Shown here piece by piece: positions 25,834-37,386 of a stretch of DNA of 37,386 nt. Every line of letters starts with the position of its first letter. Position 1 is the stretch's first letter. The position numbers and the translations under genes are program-made. This DNA is from an uncultured Nitrospiraceae bacterium (GTDB taxonomy: Bacteria; Nitrospirota; Thermodesulfovibrionia; UBA6902), in assembly GCA_964626925.1 (NCBI GenBank), contig CAZVHL010000001.1, forward strand, positions 1-37,386. The letters are read 5' to 3'. The notes below the pieces were generated by a model, which was given only the letters and a program-made list of their open reading frames with translations, did not search any database and was not told where the DNA came from.

Positions 25834-26763
25834 TTGAAACTTGTTTTTTTTGGAACGCCTGAATTTGCTGTTTTACCACTTCAAACTCTGTTGAGTTCAA
25901 ACCATGAAATTCTTGCGGTGGTTACTCAACCGGACAGGCAGAGTGGACGCGGCAGACATATGAAACCCTCCCCTGTAAAACTTGAAGCACAGAAAGCGGG
26001 TATTAGAATACTACAACCTCAAAGTGTAAAAGATGAAAATTTCATTTCAGAGTTAAAATCATTTAATCCCTCAGCAATTGTGCTGGTTGCTTACGGACAG
26101 ATACTGCCTGCAGCAATAATAGATTTGCCGAAACGGGGCTGTATTAATATCCATGCATCACTATTACCTGCATACCGCGGTGCGGCTCCTGTAAACTGGG
26201 CTATAATCAATGGTGAAAAGAAGACCGGCATAACCATAATGCTAATGGATGAAGGAATGGATACAGGTCCGGTATTACTTCAGGGTGAGATAGAGATCAG
26301 GGAGAGTGACACGACCGGAACTCTTTATCTGAAACTTTCTGAGATCGGTGCAGACCTCTTGATTTCATTATTGAATGACTTAGAAGGTGGGAACGTTACT
26401 CCATATGCTCAGTCCGGTGAAGTATCTTATGCGCCGGTTTTGAAAAAAACTGATGGATTGCTTAACTGGTCCAGGTCTGCTAAAGATATCTGCAATTTTA
26501 TCAGGGGGATGAATCCCTGGCCCGGAGCTTATAGTTATATTGAAGGAGAAAGAATTAAACTATTATCAGCTCGGCCTACTGACGATAATGGTCCTGAAGG
26601 TGTGATAAAAAAAATATCTAAAGATGAGCTTATTGTATCTGCAGGCAACGGGGCTGTATCTATACTTGAATTACAGCCGTCGGGAAAGCCTGCAATGCCG
26701 ATCAGGGCTTTTCTTCAGGGCAGAAAACTGAAAGAAGGCAGAAGGTTTGAAATAAATGATTAA
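25834..26763 (+). CDS. fmt: Methionyl-tRNA formyltransferase
   Basis: FFGTPEFAV and HASLLPAYRGAAPV motifs; def-fmt synteny. The start codon is TTG. Confidence 0.95.
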   Translation: MKLVFFGTPEFAVLPLQTLLSSNHEILAVVTQPDRQSGRGRHMKPSPVKLEAQKAGIRILQPQSVKDENFISELKSFNPSAIVLVAYGQILPAAIIDLPKRGCINIHASLLPAYRGAAPVNWAIINGEKKTGITIMLMDEGMDTGPVLLQGEIEIRESDTTGTLYLKLSEIGADLLISLLNDLEGGNVTPYAQSGEVSYAPVLKKTDGLLNWSRSAKDICNFIRGMNPWPGAYSYIEGERIKLLSARPTDDNGPEGVIKKISKDELIVSAGNGAVSILELQPSGKPAMPIRAFLQGRKLKEGRRFEIND

Positions 26764-27460
26764 GACTTTTTTCAAGATCATATTTTACTTTATGACTTTT
26801 CTGGCTGTTGGGGTTTTAGCAGCATATCTTGTTATTAAAATTGTTGATGTGGACGATAACAGTGAAGTGCCTTTGCTGGTTGGGAAAAATATTAACGAAG
26901 CCGGTGAATTATTAAATGAGAGAAAATTATTCATGATAGTTGAAGGAAAGGAGCATAGTGAAACTGTCAGGGAAGGGCATATCCTGAAGCAGAATATTGA
27001 ACATGGAGAAAGGATAAGAATCGGAACCGAGGTTGGAGTTATTTTGAGCCAGGGGTCTTCAATGTACTCAATGCCGTCTTTCGAAGGTCAGTTTCTCAAA
27101 GATGCAAAACTTACGCTTGTTAATCTTGGAATGGCAATTAAGAAAATAACATCAGTTCACTCAGATACTGTTGAGAATGGCAGAATCATCGCTCAGAGGC
27201 CGTTACAGGGGAATATTGACAGCAATGAAATAAATTTTCTTGTAAGCCTTGGCCCATACGAGGTATCTTATAAATGTCCCTCATTTGTAAACATGACAGC
27301 AGAGGATGCAAGGATAGTGGCTACTGAACTGGGAGTTGGTTTAGTTGAAAAAGATAAGGGGAGCAGGGTGATATTTCAGAAGCCGGCAGCAGGTACGATT
27401 ATTAAAACAGGTGACTCTATTGAGATTACGCTTGGTCGTGGCTGGGGAATGTGGTTTTGA
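26756..27460 (+). CDS. Membrane-anchored protein with three PASTA domains and no kinase or transpeptidase domain
   Basis: An N-terminal TM helix is followed by three ~65-aa repeats of the type VP.(L/F)(V/E)G....A...L....L.........G.(I/V)..Q.P..G. It overlaps the fmt stop by 8 nt. Confidence 0.8.
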   Translation: MIKTFFKIIFYFMTFLAVGVLAAYLVIKIVDVDDNSEVPLLVGKNINEAGELLNERKLFMIVEGKEHSETVREGHILKQNIEHGERIRIGTEVGVILSQGSSMYSMPSFEGQFLKDAKLTLVNLGMAIKKITSVHSDTVENGRIIAQRPLQGNIDSNEINFLVSLGPYEVSYKCPSFVNMTAEDARIVATELGVGLVEKDKGSRVIFQKPAAGTIIKTGDSIEITLGRGWGMWF

Positions 27461-27516
27461 ATTTAAATTTATAATCTAATAATGGAACAGGGAAGTTTAA
27501 TTTTTTAGGAGGAATT

Positions 27517-28170
27517 ATGGTTAAAATTGCGCCGTCAATTCTGTCAGCAGATTTTTCAAGGCTCGGAGAAGAGATAATAGCGGCTGAAAAAGCCGGTGCG
27601 GACTTGATTCATGTAGATGTTATGGATGGTCATTTTGTCCCGAATATAACGATTGGTCCCCTGGTTGTGAAGGCAGTAAAAAAAATTGCCAGTAAACCGC
27701 TTGATGTGCATCTCATGATAGAAAACCCTGATCAGTATATAAAGGAGTTTGCTGACAGCGGAGCAGACATTATAACGGTGCACGAAGAGGTGTGTAGACA
27801 TCTGCACAGATCTATACAGAACATAAAGGAATGCAGTGTAAAGGCCGCTGTCTCGATCAACCCTGCAACTCCTGTCAAAAATATAGAGGATATTCTTCCT
27901 TATCTTGACATGGTGCTTGTGATGTCTGTGAATCCTGGATTTGGTGGACAGAGCTTCATACCTGAAATGCTTCCTAAAATCGAATTACTCAAAAGTATTA
28001 TTACAGAAAAAAACTTGAGAATCGAAATTGAGGTAGATGGAGGTGTCAAAGTAGATAATGTGGCGGATGTTGTTAATGCCGGAGCAGATATAGTGGTTAT
28101 GGGAAGCGCTTTTTACAACTCGGATGACTATGCCGAGACAGTCAGGAAGGTAAGGGAAAGGTGTGGTTAG
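27517..28170 (+). CDS. rpe: Ribulose-phosphate 3-epimerase
   Basis: Motifs HVDVMDGHFVPN, MSVNPGFGGQ and VDGG. Confidence 0.95.
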   Translation: MVKIAPSILSADFSRLGEEIIAAEKAGADLIHVDVMDGHFVPNITIGPLVVKAVKKIASKPLDVHLMIENPDQYIKEFADSGADIITVHEEVCRHLHRSIQNIKECSVKAAVSINPATPVKNIEDILPYLDMVLVMSVNPGFGGQSFIPEMLPKIELLKSIITEKNLRIEIEVDGGVKVDNVADVVNAGADIVVMGSAFYNSDDYAETVRKVRERCG

Positions 28171-28206
28171 ATTGCAATTGAGAAGGATGAAATTAAGGGG
28201 GCTCTG

Positions 28207-29244
28207 TTGAAAAATATGAAAAAAGATTTATTTGAACAGGCTGAAGTTTGCAGACAATTAACGGAATATTCCAGGGCGGTCACGCTATATAAAAAAGCCC
28301 TTAATGAATTTACAAAGATATCAGACATTCCCGGAATACTTAACTGTTTCCTTTCGTTAGGTGATACATTAAGAGCAAAAGGAGATTTTACTGTAGCAAA
28401 GGCCTATTATGAAGAGGGACTCAATCTTGCCGAGTCCCTTGATGATGATTTTGCGGTAGCTGATTCCCTGGCAGGGCTGGGGCTTAGCTATAGGGCTCTT
28501 GGGGACTGGGGACAAGCTATGACCTTAATTAACAGGGCTGGACGGTTATACATAACACTTCGTGACAGAAAGGGTCAGGCATTCTCTATCTGGGCAAGGG
28601 CAGGGACGTACAGGATAAAGGGGGATGTAAATAAAGCGGTCAAGACTTTTCAAATTGCACTCGAAAAATTCAGAGCTTTGAAAGACCGTTCCGGAATCGC
28701 ATATTCTTACTGTGGATTAGGTGGAAGCTCCAGGGTTGCGTGCAAGTTCAGGGATTCGGAAAAATATTACAAAATAGCAAACAGAATGTTCAATAGACTG
28801 AATGATAGATTTGGACTGGCATATTCTTATTGTGGTCTTGGAAATGTGGGCAGAATGAACAGTGACCATGAAAACGCGTTGTTTTATTTTAAAAAGGCCG
28901 AAACAATTTACAATAAGATCGGAGACAGGGTCAGTTATGCGTACACTCTCTGGAGCATTGGGACTACATATAAATTGATCGGAAAAATCGACAGGGCAGG
29001 TAAGAGTTTCGATGAATCCGCAAGGTTTTTCAAAGAGACGAAAGACCCCAGAGGTCAAATATATTGCATTTTAGGCATTGGAGAGATCGATTATTTGCGT
29101 GGGAAAAAGAAAAAAGGTATGAATGCTTTCATCAAAAGTCAGAGACTGGCGGATAAATACAGATTCGGAGTTGAGAAAAAATATGCCGGTCAATTGTTGA
29201 GGGCTGTTAACAGTGGAAAGGGTATTCCTGCTAATTTGCCGTGA
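28207..29244 (+). CDS. TPR-repeat protein
   Basis: Repeated A...Y.....L......D..G.A.S..GLG units throughout. The more likely ATG start is at 28216. Confidence 0.75.
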   Translation: MKNMKKDLFEQAEVCRQLTEYSRAVTLYKKALNEFTKISDIPGILNCFLSLGDTLRAKGDFTVAKAYYEEGLNLAESLDDDFAVADSLAGLGLSYRALGDWGQAMTLINRAGRLYITLRDRKGQAFSIWARAGTYRIKGDVNKAVKTFQIALEKFRALKDRSGIAYSYCGLGGSSRVACKFRDSEKYYKIANRMFNRLNDRFGLAYSYCGLGNVGRMNSDHENALFYFKKAETIYNKIGDRVSYAYTLWSIGTTYKLIGKIDRAGKSFDESARFFKETKDPRGQIYCILGIGEIDYLRGKKKKGMNAFIKSQRLADKYRFGVEKKYAGQLLRAVNSGKGIPANLP

Positions 29245-29298
29245 TTTACAGAAGGGGATCAAAAAAGCTTGCTCTCGCCTCCTTACTACTTAATTATA

Positions 29299-29327
29299 TT
29301 GATAATTTCAGGACTTCACATTATACT
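29299..29327 (+). promoter_or_regulatory. Candidate sigma70-type promoter of the RDD-mreBCD-mrdA-rodA operon
   Basis: TTGATA (29299-29304) - 17 nt - TATACT (29322-29327), about 40 nt upstream of the RDD gene. Confidence 0.45.
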
Positions 29328-29364
29328 GTTTATTGAAATAACACAGGGCATTTGTTAGTATGAG

Positions 29365-30883
<1,519 letters not shown>

Positions 30884-30896
30884 TTTATGGCGGAGA

Positions 30897-31688
30897 ATGA
30901 CAAAAAAAAGATTAATTATCTTTGTTCTTTTTATTCTTCTTGTTTTCGGACTACTGACATTTCAAAGTATTAAAGGCGAAAGTCACTTCATTGATTTTAC
31001 TCTCTATCCTCTAACAATTGTGGAAAAGGGGACTTCTGCAATTATTCATAAGATCAGAAATTTCTTTAATACCTATATCATAATTTTCGGAAAGGAACGG
31101 GAAAACAGGGAACTTCATGGAAAAATCGATAAGCTGAAACAGGAAAAGAATGAGTTTTTGGAGGCCGTAACAGAGAACGAGAGACTCAGGAGAATACTGA
31201 AGCTGAAAAAGGCCCGGACTGATTACGTGGTTACAGCCAGAGTATTCGCGCGCGATCCGACTAACTGGTTTCAGAGCTTATGGATAAATAAAGGCATGAG
31301 TTCGGGAATTGCAAAAAACATGGTAGCTGTGACAACTATCGGGCCTGTGGGAAAGGTACATCGAGTCTTTCAGGAGGGCTCAAATATTATTCTGATAACT
31401 GATATTAATTCTTCCGTTGCTGTCCGGCTTCAGAAGTCGAGAATCGAAGGGATACTTGAGGGCCGGGGGGATAACAGCTGCTATCTGAAATATATCTCAA
31501 AAATGGCTGATGTGAAGGTTGGAGAACGGCTCATAACTTCCGGACTTGATGGTCTATATCCTGCAGGACTGCTGATCGGTCATGTAACAAATGTCAAAAA
31601 GGATGGCCAGGAGATGTTTCAGATTATCGAGGTAGAGCCTGCTCAAAATCTCAATAGATTAGAGGAGGTTGTAATTCTTAAAAGATGA
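30897..31688 (+). CDS. mreC: Rod shape-determining protein MreC
   Basis: N-terminal TM helix, coiled coil (ENRELHGKIDKLKQEKNEF), a beta-rich C-terminal domain with TSGLDGLYPAGL, and synteny. Confidence 0.9.
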   Translation: MTKKRLIIFVLFILLVFGLLTFQSIKGESHFIDFTLYPLTIVEKGTSAIIHKIRNFFNTYIIIFGKERENRELHGKIDKLKQEKNEFLEAVTENERLRRILKLKKARTDYVVTARVFARDPTNWFQSLWINKGMSSGIAKNMVAVTTIGPVGKVHRVFQEGSNIILITDINSSVAVRLQKSRIEGILEGRGDNSCYLKYISKMADVKVGERLITSGLDGLYPAGLLIGHVTNVKKDGQEMFQIIEVEPAQNLNRLEEVVILKR

Positions 31689-32155
31689 AGGTTTTTTTGT
31701 TTTATATAGTTTTAGCTTATATCGCTCTTTCTGTTCAGGCTACACTCTTTGAAGGGATAAAGCCGGATTTTATTTTAGTTATTGTATGCAGTTATTCCCT
31801 CAAATACGGCAGGACAAATGGAGTTGCCTACGGCGCACTGGCCGGTCTATTGATCGATACAGTAAACGGTTTTTTGATAGGACCAAATATTATTGCTAAG
31901 TCTGTAGCAGCTTTTTTTGTGAAAACACTCAGGAAAAACTTATATCAATGGAATATTTTTATTAATACTATGGCAATATGTATTTTTTCTGTTATCAATG
32001 TAGTTGTGGTTTATATGTGTCTTGACTTTTTTTCAGAGGTTCAGTTTAGTAACAGATCAATAGTCATATCTGTAAAGGAAGTTATTTATACAGTCGTGGC
32101 ATCTCTTGTTTTGTATCCGGTCTTTAACCCGGCTAAGGAGACAAAGGGCATATGA
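31685..32155 (+). CDS. mreD: Rod shape-determining protein MreD
   Basis: Small polytopic membrane protein with an ATGA overlap with mreC; position between mreC and mrdA. Confidence 0.8.
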   Translation: MKVFLFYIVLAYIALSVQATLFEGIKPDFILVIVCSYSLKYGRTNGVAYGALAGLLIDTVNGFLIGPNIIAKSVAAFFVKTLRKNLYQWNIFINTMAICIFSVINVVVVYMCLDFFSEVQFSNRSIVISVKEVIYTVVASLVLYPVFNPAKETKGI

Positions 32156-32205
32156 GAATGATTACTGGAACCATTGAATATTCTAATCCATGAACGCGTT
32201 ATTTT

Positions 32206-33993
32206 TTGATAAAGACAGCCAGAATGGAAAATAGGATAAATATTGCGATAATAACGGTAATTATTTTATTTGGGATTTTTACCATAAGGCTCTGGCATCT
32301 GCAGATATTACGAGGGCATGAATACAGACAGATAGATGAGCGCAATAGATTAAGAGTATTAAATATCCCGGCTCCAAGAGGTATTATTTATGACAGAAAC
32401 AACAAAGCCCTTGTAAAAAATGTTCCTTCTTTTGATATATCTATTTTAAAAGAATACATCCCCGATCAGCCTGAGATATTGTCTGATTTAACCAGACTGG
32501 TCGGGTTGAAACCTGATTATCTTCGCTCCAGGATAAGCAAAGCAACGGCAAGGCCGTTCAGGCCTGTTGTCCTGAAGCAGGATGTTTCATTTTCGGACGT
32601 TGCAAAAGTTGAAGCAAGAAAGTCGGATTTTCAGGGTCTGCAAATAGATGTGGTTGGTAGCAGGGAATATGTTTATGGTCATTCCGGCAGTCATCTGATC
32701 GGTTATCTCGGCAGTATTACAACTAAGCAGATTAACTCCCCGAAATATCGAGGTGTGCCGCCAGAGGCATTTGTTGGTCAATTTGGAGTTGAAAAAGTTT
32801 ATGATGAAGCGTTAAGAGGAATAGCAGGGAAGAAAATCATAGAAATAGATGCAACAGGCAGTATAATTCAGGTTGTCCGGCTGAACAGGCCGATTAAAGG
32901 CAAAGATATCAGGCTGACTATAGATATTAACCTTCAGATAGAGGCTGAGAAAAGCCTGAAAGGCAAGGCAGGTGCTATAGTTGCCCTGATACCGGATACG
33001 GGTGCAATACTGGCTATGGCCAGTGCTCCTTCATTTGATCCGAACCTGTTTGTGAGAGGAATTAATCCGAGAGACTGGAAAAGACTTCTAAGAGATCCCC
33101 GAAAACCATTACTGAACAGGGCGATTCAGAGTCAGTATCCGCCTGGGTCGACTTTCAAGATAGTAACGGCTCTCGCAGCGCTTGAAGCAGGAATCATTAA
33201 CAGGAGTACGAACTATTATTGTAGCGGAGAAATATATTTTGGCAGGACGTTCAGGTGCTGGAAAAAGGAAGGGCATGGCAATGTCAATCTTCACAGGGCT
33301 ATTACTGAATCCTGTGATGTTTATTTTTATGAAATAGGCAAAAGACTTGACATAGATTTACTTGCCCGATATGCATATGGATTTGGTCTTGGCAGACCTA
33401 CCGGAATGGAAATTGAAGGAGAAGTTGCGGGACTTGTTCCAACAAGCGGGTGGAAACTTGAAACTAAACAGGAGAGATGGTTCAAGGGGGAAACTCTTAA
33501 TACGGTCATAGGTCAGGGGTATCTGTCAGCAACACCGATACAGATGGCCAGCCTGATTTCTGCTGTAGTCAATGGAGGAAAATTGTTTAAGCCATATCTT
33601 TTAATCGACTCAGAGCCGCAGATCAATATGGAAAGAACTGTAACGATAAAACCTGAAAATATAAAATTGATAAAAGAAGCATTACGGGGGGTTGTTATTG
33701 ACAAAAATGGTACCGGATGGCTTGCCCGGTCTGATTCAGTCAGCATAAGTGGAAAGACGGGTACGACTCAGGTTGTTGGAGGGATTCTTGAAGGAAAGGA
33801 CATTCCCGAAAAATACAGAGACCATGCATGGTTTGTTGCATATGCTCCTGAAGATGATCCACAAATAGCGGTGTCTGTTTTTATTGAGCATGGTGGTCAT
33901 GGTAGCACTGGTGCCGCACCTATAGCAAAAAGGGTAATTGAAACTTTTTTTGAGGGCAATAAAACTCTCATCAAGGACCGTAAAAAGGGATAA
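32206..33993 (+). CDS. mrdA: Penicillin-binding protein 2 (elongasome transpeptidase)
   Basis: STFK, SCD and KTGT active-site motifs plus an N-terminal TM helix. The more likely ATG start is at 32224. Confidence 0.93.
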   Translation: MIKTARMENRINIAIITVIILFGIFTIRLWHLQILRGHEYRQIDERNRLRVLNIPAPRGIIYDRNNKALVKNVPSFDISILKEYIPDQPEILSDLTRLVGLKPDYLRSRISKATARPFRPVVLKQDVSFSDVAKVEARKSDFQGLQIDVVGSREYVYGHSGSHLIGYLGSITTKQINSPKYRGVPPEAFVGQFGVEKVYDEALRGIAGKKIIEIDATGSIIQVVRLNRPIKGKDIRLTIDINLQIEAEKSLKGKAGAIVALIPDTGAILAMASAPSFDPNLFVRGINPRDWKRLLRDPRKPLLNRAIQSQYPPGSTFKIVTALAALEAGIINRSTNYYCSGEIYFGRTFRCWKKEGHGNVNLHRAITESCDVYFYEIGKRLDIDLLARYAYGFGLGRPTGMEIEGEVAGLVPTSGWKLETKQERWFKGETLNTVIGQGYLSATPIQMASLISAVVNGGKLFKPYLLIDSEPQINMERTVTIKPENIKLIKEALRGVVIDKNGTGWLARSDSVSISGKTGTTQVVGGILEGKDIPEKYRDHAWFVAYAPEDDPQIAVSVFIEHGGHGSTGAAPIAKRVIETFFEGNKTLIKDRKKG

Positions 33994-34010
33994 AGTCACA
34001 AAGGAAGATA

Positions 34011-35132
34011 ATGATTGATCGTAGACTGTTAGATAATTTTGACTGGGTGATTTTGCTGTTAGCGATATTATTATCTCTTGTCGGGATTTTAACCATCTAC
34101 AGTGCTACGAGGCCTGTGTTTGATACTGTTCAGAAGACATTTTATATTAGACAGTTTTATTGGATTTGCATAAGTTTAATCGTTTTTTTTGTACTGATAA
34201 GCGTCGATTATAAATGGCATATCAAATTTGCTTATTTTATATTCATTTTTGGAATTATCCTGCTTGTACTGGTTCTTGTCATGGGAAGAAAAGGCATGGG
34301 GGCACAACGATGGATATATTTGGGTTTCATATCATTTCAGCCTTCAGAATTTTTCAAAGTTTTTTTTATAATTGCTCTTTCCCGGTATCTCTCATTTACA
34401 AAAGACGGGGTAATGTTTGGACTTAGAGATATATCAAAGATAATGGTTATTTTTTTTCTTGTTCCTGCAGTTCTGATTCTCAGGCAGCCTGATCTCGGAA
34501 CAGCTTTAATACTGTTTTTTGTCTTTGCAGCTATGATCCTCTCGGCAGGTGCAAAGAAAAAAGTTGTAATTATGACGATCGTGATAGGGCTTTTATCGAT
34601 GCCATTTGCAGGCAAATATATATGGAGTGGCTTAAAGGATTATCAGAAACAGAGAATAATAGCATTCGTAGATCCACAGGCTGATCCTGATGGTGTAGGT
34701 TATCATATAAAACAATCCAAGGTATCTATAGGGTCAGGAGGGTTCCTTGGTAAGGGATATATGAATGGAACTCAGGGGCCATACCGTTTTTTACCGGAGA
34801 ATCACACTGATTTCATTTTTTCGATCTTTGCTGAAGAATGGGGGTTTGCAGGCAGTATGGTTTTATTTATTTTGTATTTGTTAATTATATTGAGAGGCTT
34901 TGATACTGCAAAAAATGCCCGGGACAGAGAAGGGTGTTTTCTTGCACTTGGAGTGACATATATGTTTTCTTTTTACTTCTTTATTAATGTGGGAATGACC
35001 CTCGGAATGCTGCCTGTGGTTGGCGCGCCGCTACCGTTGATGAGTTATGGAGGGACAGCGTTACTGTCTAATTTTCTCGCGCTGAGCATCCTGGAAAACG
35101 TTAGAATGCGCAGGTTTGCTTTATATTATTAG
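34011..35132 (+). CDS. rodA: SEDS-family peptidoglycan polymerase RodA
   Basis: QPSEFFK, HTDFIFS and APLPLMSYGGTA motifs; follows mrdA. Confidence 0.93.
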   Translation: MIDRRLLDNFDWVILLLAILLSLVGILTIYSATRPVFDTVQKTFYIRQFYWICISLIVFFVLISVDYKWHIKFAYFIFIFGIILLVLVLVMGRKGMGAQRWIYLGFISFQPSEFFKVFFIIALSRYLSFTKDGVMFGLRDISKIMVIFFLVPAVLILRQPDLGTALILFFVFAAMILSAGAKKKVVIMTIVIGLLSMPFAGKYIWSGLKDYQKQRIIAFVDPQADPDGVGYHIKQSKVSIGSGGFLGKGYMNGTQGPYRFLPENHTDFIFSIFAEEWGFAGSMVLFILYLLIILRGFDTAKNARDREGCFLALGVTYMFSFYFFINVGMTLGMLPVVGAPLPLMSYGGTALLSNFLALSILENVRMRRFALYY

Positions 35133-35196
35133 CAGGTGCAGGTTTATTTGCCTGTAATTTATATGAAGTAATGAAAAATTTATGCTTTAATAGACA

Positions 35197-35973
35197 ATGC
35201 TTGTTAAGTTTATAGAACTGATAGGAGCTGTTATCGAGAAACCTGCAATAGGTTTGGGAAGAATAATGCTCCTTTTTAATTCCGTCCTGAGAGGCATTCC
35301 TCACCCTCCGTATGAATTCAGAAACACTATTAAGCAGATGCTTGAAATAGGGGTTAATTCTCTTCCTGTGGTTATTATTACAGCGGTATTTACCGGGATG
35401 GTTCTTGCTCTCCAGAGTCATACAGGATTTAAGCGGTTCGGGGCTGAGGGGCTTGTTGGTTCAGTGGTTGCGCTTTCGATGACCAGGGAACTGGGCCCTG
35501 TTCTTACCGCGCTCATTGTGACAGGACGTGCCGGTGCTGCTATGGCAGCTGAATTGGGAACGATGAGGGTAACGGAGCAGATTGATGCCCTGGAAACTAT
35601 GGCGACCAATCCTGTTAAGTACCTGATTGTGCCAAGGTTTCTTGCAGGCATATGTATGCTTCCTGCCTTGACTGTAGTTACAGACATTATAGGTATTTTA
35701 GGAGGCTATTTTGTTTCGGTAATGTTACTTGATACAGCTTCAAAAGGTTATATAAGGGCTACATGGAGTTACCTGGAAATGCAGGATATATATAGTGGAA
35801 TTATTAAAGCATTTTTCTTTGGTGCAGCTTTCACCATTATAAGTTGTTATAAGGGGTTTTATGCAAAAGGAGGCGCCGAAGGTGTTGGCCGGGCGACGAC
35901 AGGTGCTGTTGTGTATTCATCAATGACCATACTTATTTCTGATTATTTCCTGACTGCGTGGTTATTTAACTAA
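35197..35973 (+). CDS. mlaE: Mla-type ABC transporter permease
   Basis: TRELGPVLTALIVTGRAGAAMAAELGTMRVTEQIDAL is the conserved MlaE/Ttg2B block. Confidence 0.9.
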   Translation: MLVKFIELIGAVIEKPAIGLGRIMLLFNSVLRGIPHPPYEFRNTIKQMLEIGVNSLPVVIITAVFTGMVLALQSHTGFKRFGAEGLVGSVVALSMTRELGPVLTALIVTGRAGAAMAAELGTMRVTEQIDALETMATNPVKYLIVPRFLAGICMLPALTVVTDIIGILGGYFVSVMLLDTASKGYIRATWSYLEMQDIYSGIIKAFFFGAAFTIISCYKGFYAKGGAEGVGRATTGAVVYSSMTILISDYFLTAWLFN

Positions 35974-36024
35974 TGTTTTCATTATTGAGCTTGTTAATCA
36001 TTACAAGACCTTGAAAAGTGATGC

Positions 36025-36795
36025 ATGATAACGCAAATGATAGAATTGAGAGACATACATAAATCTTTTGAAGAAAACCATGTTTTGCGCGGTGTTAATC
36101 TGAATGTTTCCAAAGGAGATAGCCTTGTAATTATCGGTGGAAGCGGGTCTGGGAAAAGTGTGTTGTTAAAACATATCATTGGACTGCTAAGACCTGATAA
36201 AGGGACAGTAATAGTGAATTCAATTGATATGGCAGAGCTTGATGAAGAAGATTTAAGAGAGAGTAGAAAAAAATTCGGCATGCTCTTTCAGTCATCGGCG
36301 CTTTTTGATTCGATGAAGGTATGGGAAAATGTGGGCTTTGGCTTAAAGAGACATACTCATTTAAGCGATTCAGAAATAAAAGAAACTGCAATAATGAAAC
36401 TCAAAATAGTCGGGCTGCTTGATGTCGAAGATGCAATGCCCTCTGACCTCTCGGGAGGTATGAGAAAAAGAGTTGGCCTCGCCAGAGCGATAGCAATGAA
36501 TCCCAGGATTCTTTTATATGATGAACCTACAACAGGACTTGATCCGATAATGGCTGATGCTATTAATAATCTTATTATAAAGATGAGGGAAGAATTGGAA
36601 GTGACATCTGTTGCTATAACGCATGACATGAGAAGTGCCAATAAAATTGCGGATACAATTGCTATGCTTTATAATGGTGTAATTATTGAACAGGGTTCTC
36701 CTGAAGAAATCAAAAACACTGCTAATCCGGTTGTCAGGCAGTTCATTGAAGGAAATGCAGTTGGTCCAATAACCCTCGAGGGCATTGCTAGATGA
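36025..36795 (+). CDS. mlaF: Mla-type ABC transporter ATP-binding protein
   Basis: Walker A GGSGSGKS, signature LSGGMRKR and Walker B LLYDEPTTGLD. Confidence 0.92.
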   Translation: MITQMIELRDIHKSFEENHVLRGVNLNVSKGDSLVIIGGSGSGKSVLLKHIIGLLRPDKGTVIVNSIDMAELDEEDLRESRKKFGMLFQSSALFDSMKVWENVGFGLKRHTHLSDSEIKETAIMKLKIVGLLDVEDAMPSDLSGGMRKRVGLARAIAMNPRILLYDEPTTGLDPIMADAINNLIIKMREELEVTSVAITHDMRSANKIADTIAMLYNGVIIEQGSPEEIKNTANPVVRQFIEGNAVGPITLEGIAR

Positions 36796-37386
36796 AAGAA
36801 GTTACAACCGAGCTGAAAGTCGGAATTTTTGCTCTTATAGCTATTAGTGTACTTTCCTTTATGACGTTTAAAGTCGGCGGTTTGCCCGCAATTTGGGAAA
36901 AAGGCTACAGGCTTTATGTTGAATTCAGTGATATCAGCGGCCTTGACGAAAAGTCCAGAATTAAAATAGCCGGCGTTGAAGCCGGAATAGTTGAGAAAAT
37001 CATACTGAAGGATGGAAAGGCGATAGTCACACTGCTTGTTAACCCTGATATAGCTGTCTACAGAAATGCAAAGGCGTCTTTGAGAATGGCAGGTCTTCTT
37101 GGTGACAGGTATCTTGCGCTTACCACAGGCACGCCTGACGAACCTGTTCTGAAAAATGGTGAGGTTATAACTGATGTTATTCCTGTCGCTGATATTGATA
37201 TGCTTTCCAGTCAACTTTCCACTGCCGCGGAACATCTGGGTAATCTGGCGTCCAACATTAATGATATTTTCAGAAAGGACGAAAGAGCAACTCTACGGGA
37301 GGCTATTCATAATCTTAATGATGTAGCAATTAGTATCAAGGAAATCTCCAGGGAAAATAAAGAACCCTTACATGACGTACTTGTGC
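36792..37386 (+). CDS. mlaD: MCE-domain protein MlaD (partial, runs off the 3' end of the window)
   Basis: Own translation: MKEVTTELKVGIFALIAISVLSFMTFKVGG...GLDEKSRIKIAGVEAGIVEKI...MAGLLGDRYLAL. The start has an ATGA overlap with mlaF. It is missing from the ORF track because no stop codon is reached. Confidence 0.85.
   Translation, partial: MKEVTTELKVGIFALIAISVLSFMTFKVGGLPAIWEKGYRLYVEFSDISGLDEKSRIKIAGVEAGIVEKIILKDGKAIVTLLVNPDIAVYRNAKASLRMAGLLGDRYLALTTGTPDEPVLKNGEVITDVIPVADIDMLSSQLSTAAEHLGNLASNINDIFRKDERATLREAIHNLNDVAISIKEISRENKEPLHDVLV

Overview
AT-rich (judged by eye, not computed) 37.4-kb chromosomal window from a diderm bacterium; Mla lipid-transport genes, MreBCD/PBP2/RodA and an OM beta-barrel are all present. 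No rRNA, tRNA, CRISPR array, transposase or integrase could be supported. Layout: (1) 236-10846, all minus strand, is a housekeeping string of a cobA/hemD fusion, ihfB, sppA, rpsA, plsC, cmk, aroA, tyrA, hisC and pheA. (2) 11036-14741 (minus) holds an ArsR-type regulator followed by an unusual single-chain Mo/W-bisPGD oxidoreductase, in which the four-cluster FeS subunit is fused N-terminally to the catalytic subunit. (3) 14976-22207 is the only accessory-looking region. It encodes a CslA-like processive GT2 synthase, a small OM beta-barrel, a TPR protein interrupted at an A9 tract, a GT-C-like membrane protein, a 53-codon membrane ORF, a small GT2, an HMA-like CxxC protein, and a convergent PilZ-CBM48 fusion. 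I read this as a possible split, minimal c-di-GMP-controlled synthase-dependent exopolysaccharide system. (4) 22525-37386 (plus) returns to housekeeping genes: yajQ, an end-to-end CysE-CysS fusion, def, fmt, a kinase-less PASTA protein, rpe, a TPR protein, an RDD protein, mreBCD, mrdA, rodA, and mlaE/F/D (mlaD runs off the window). All functional calls come from motif recognition in the translated ORFs, and no database search was possible. The novelty claims are therefore hypotheses, each listed with an explicit test.
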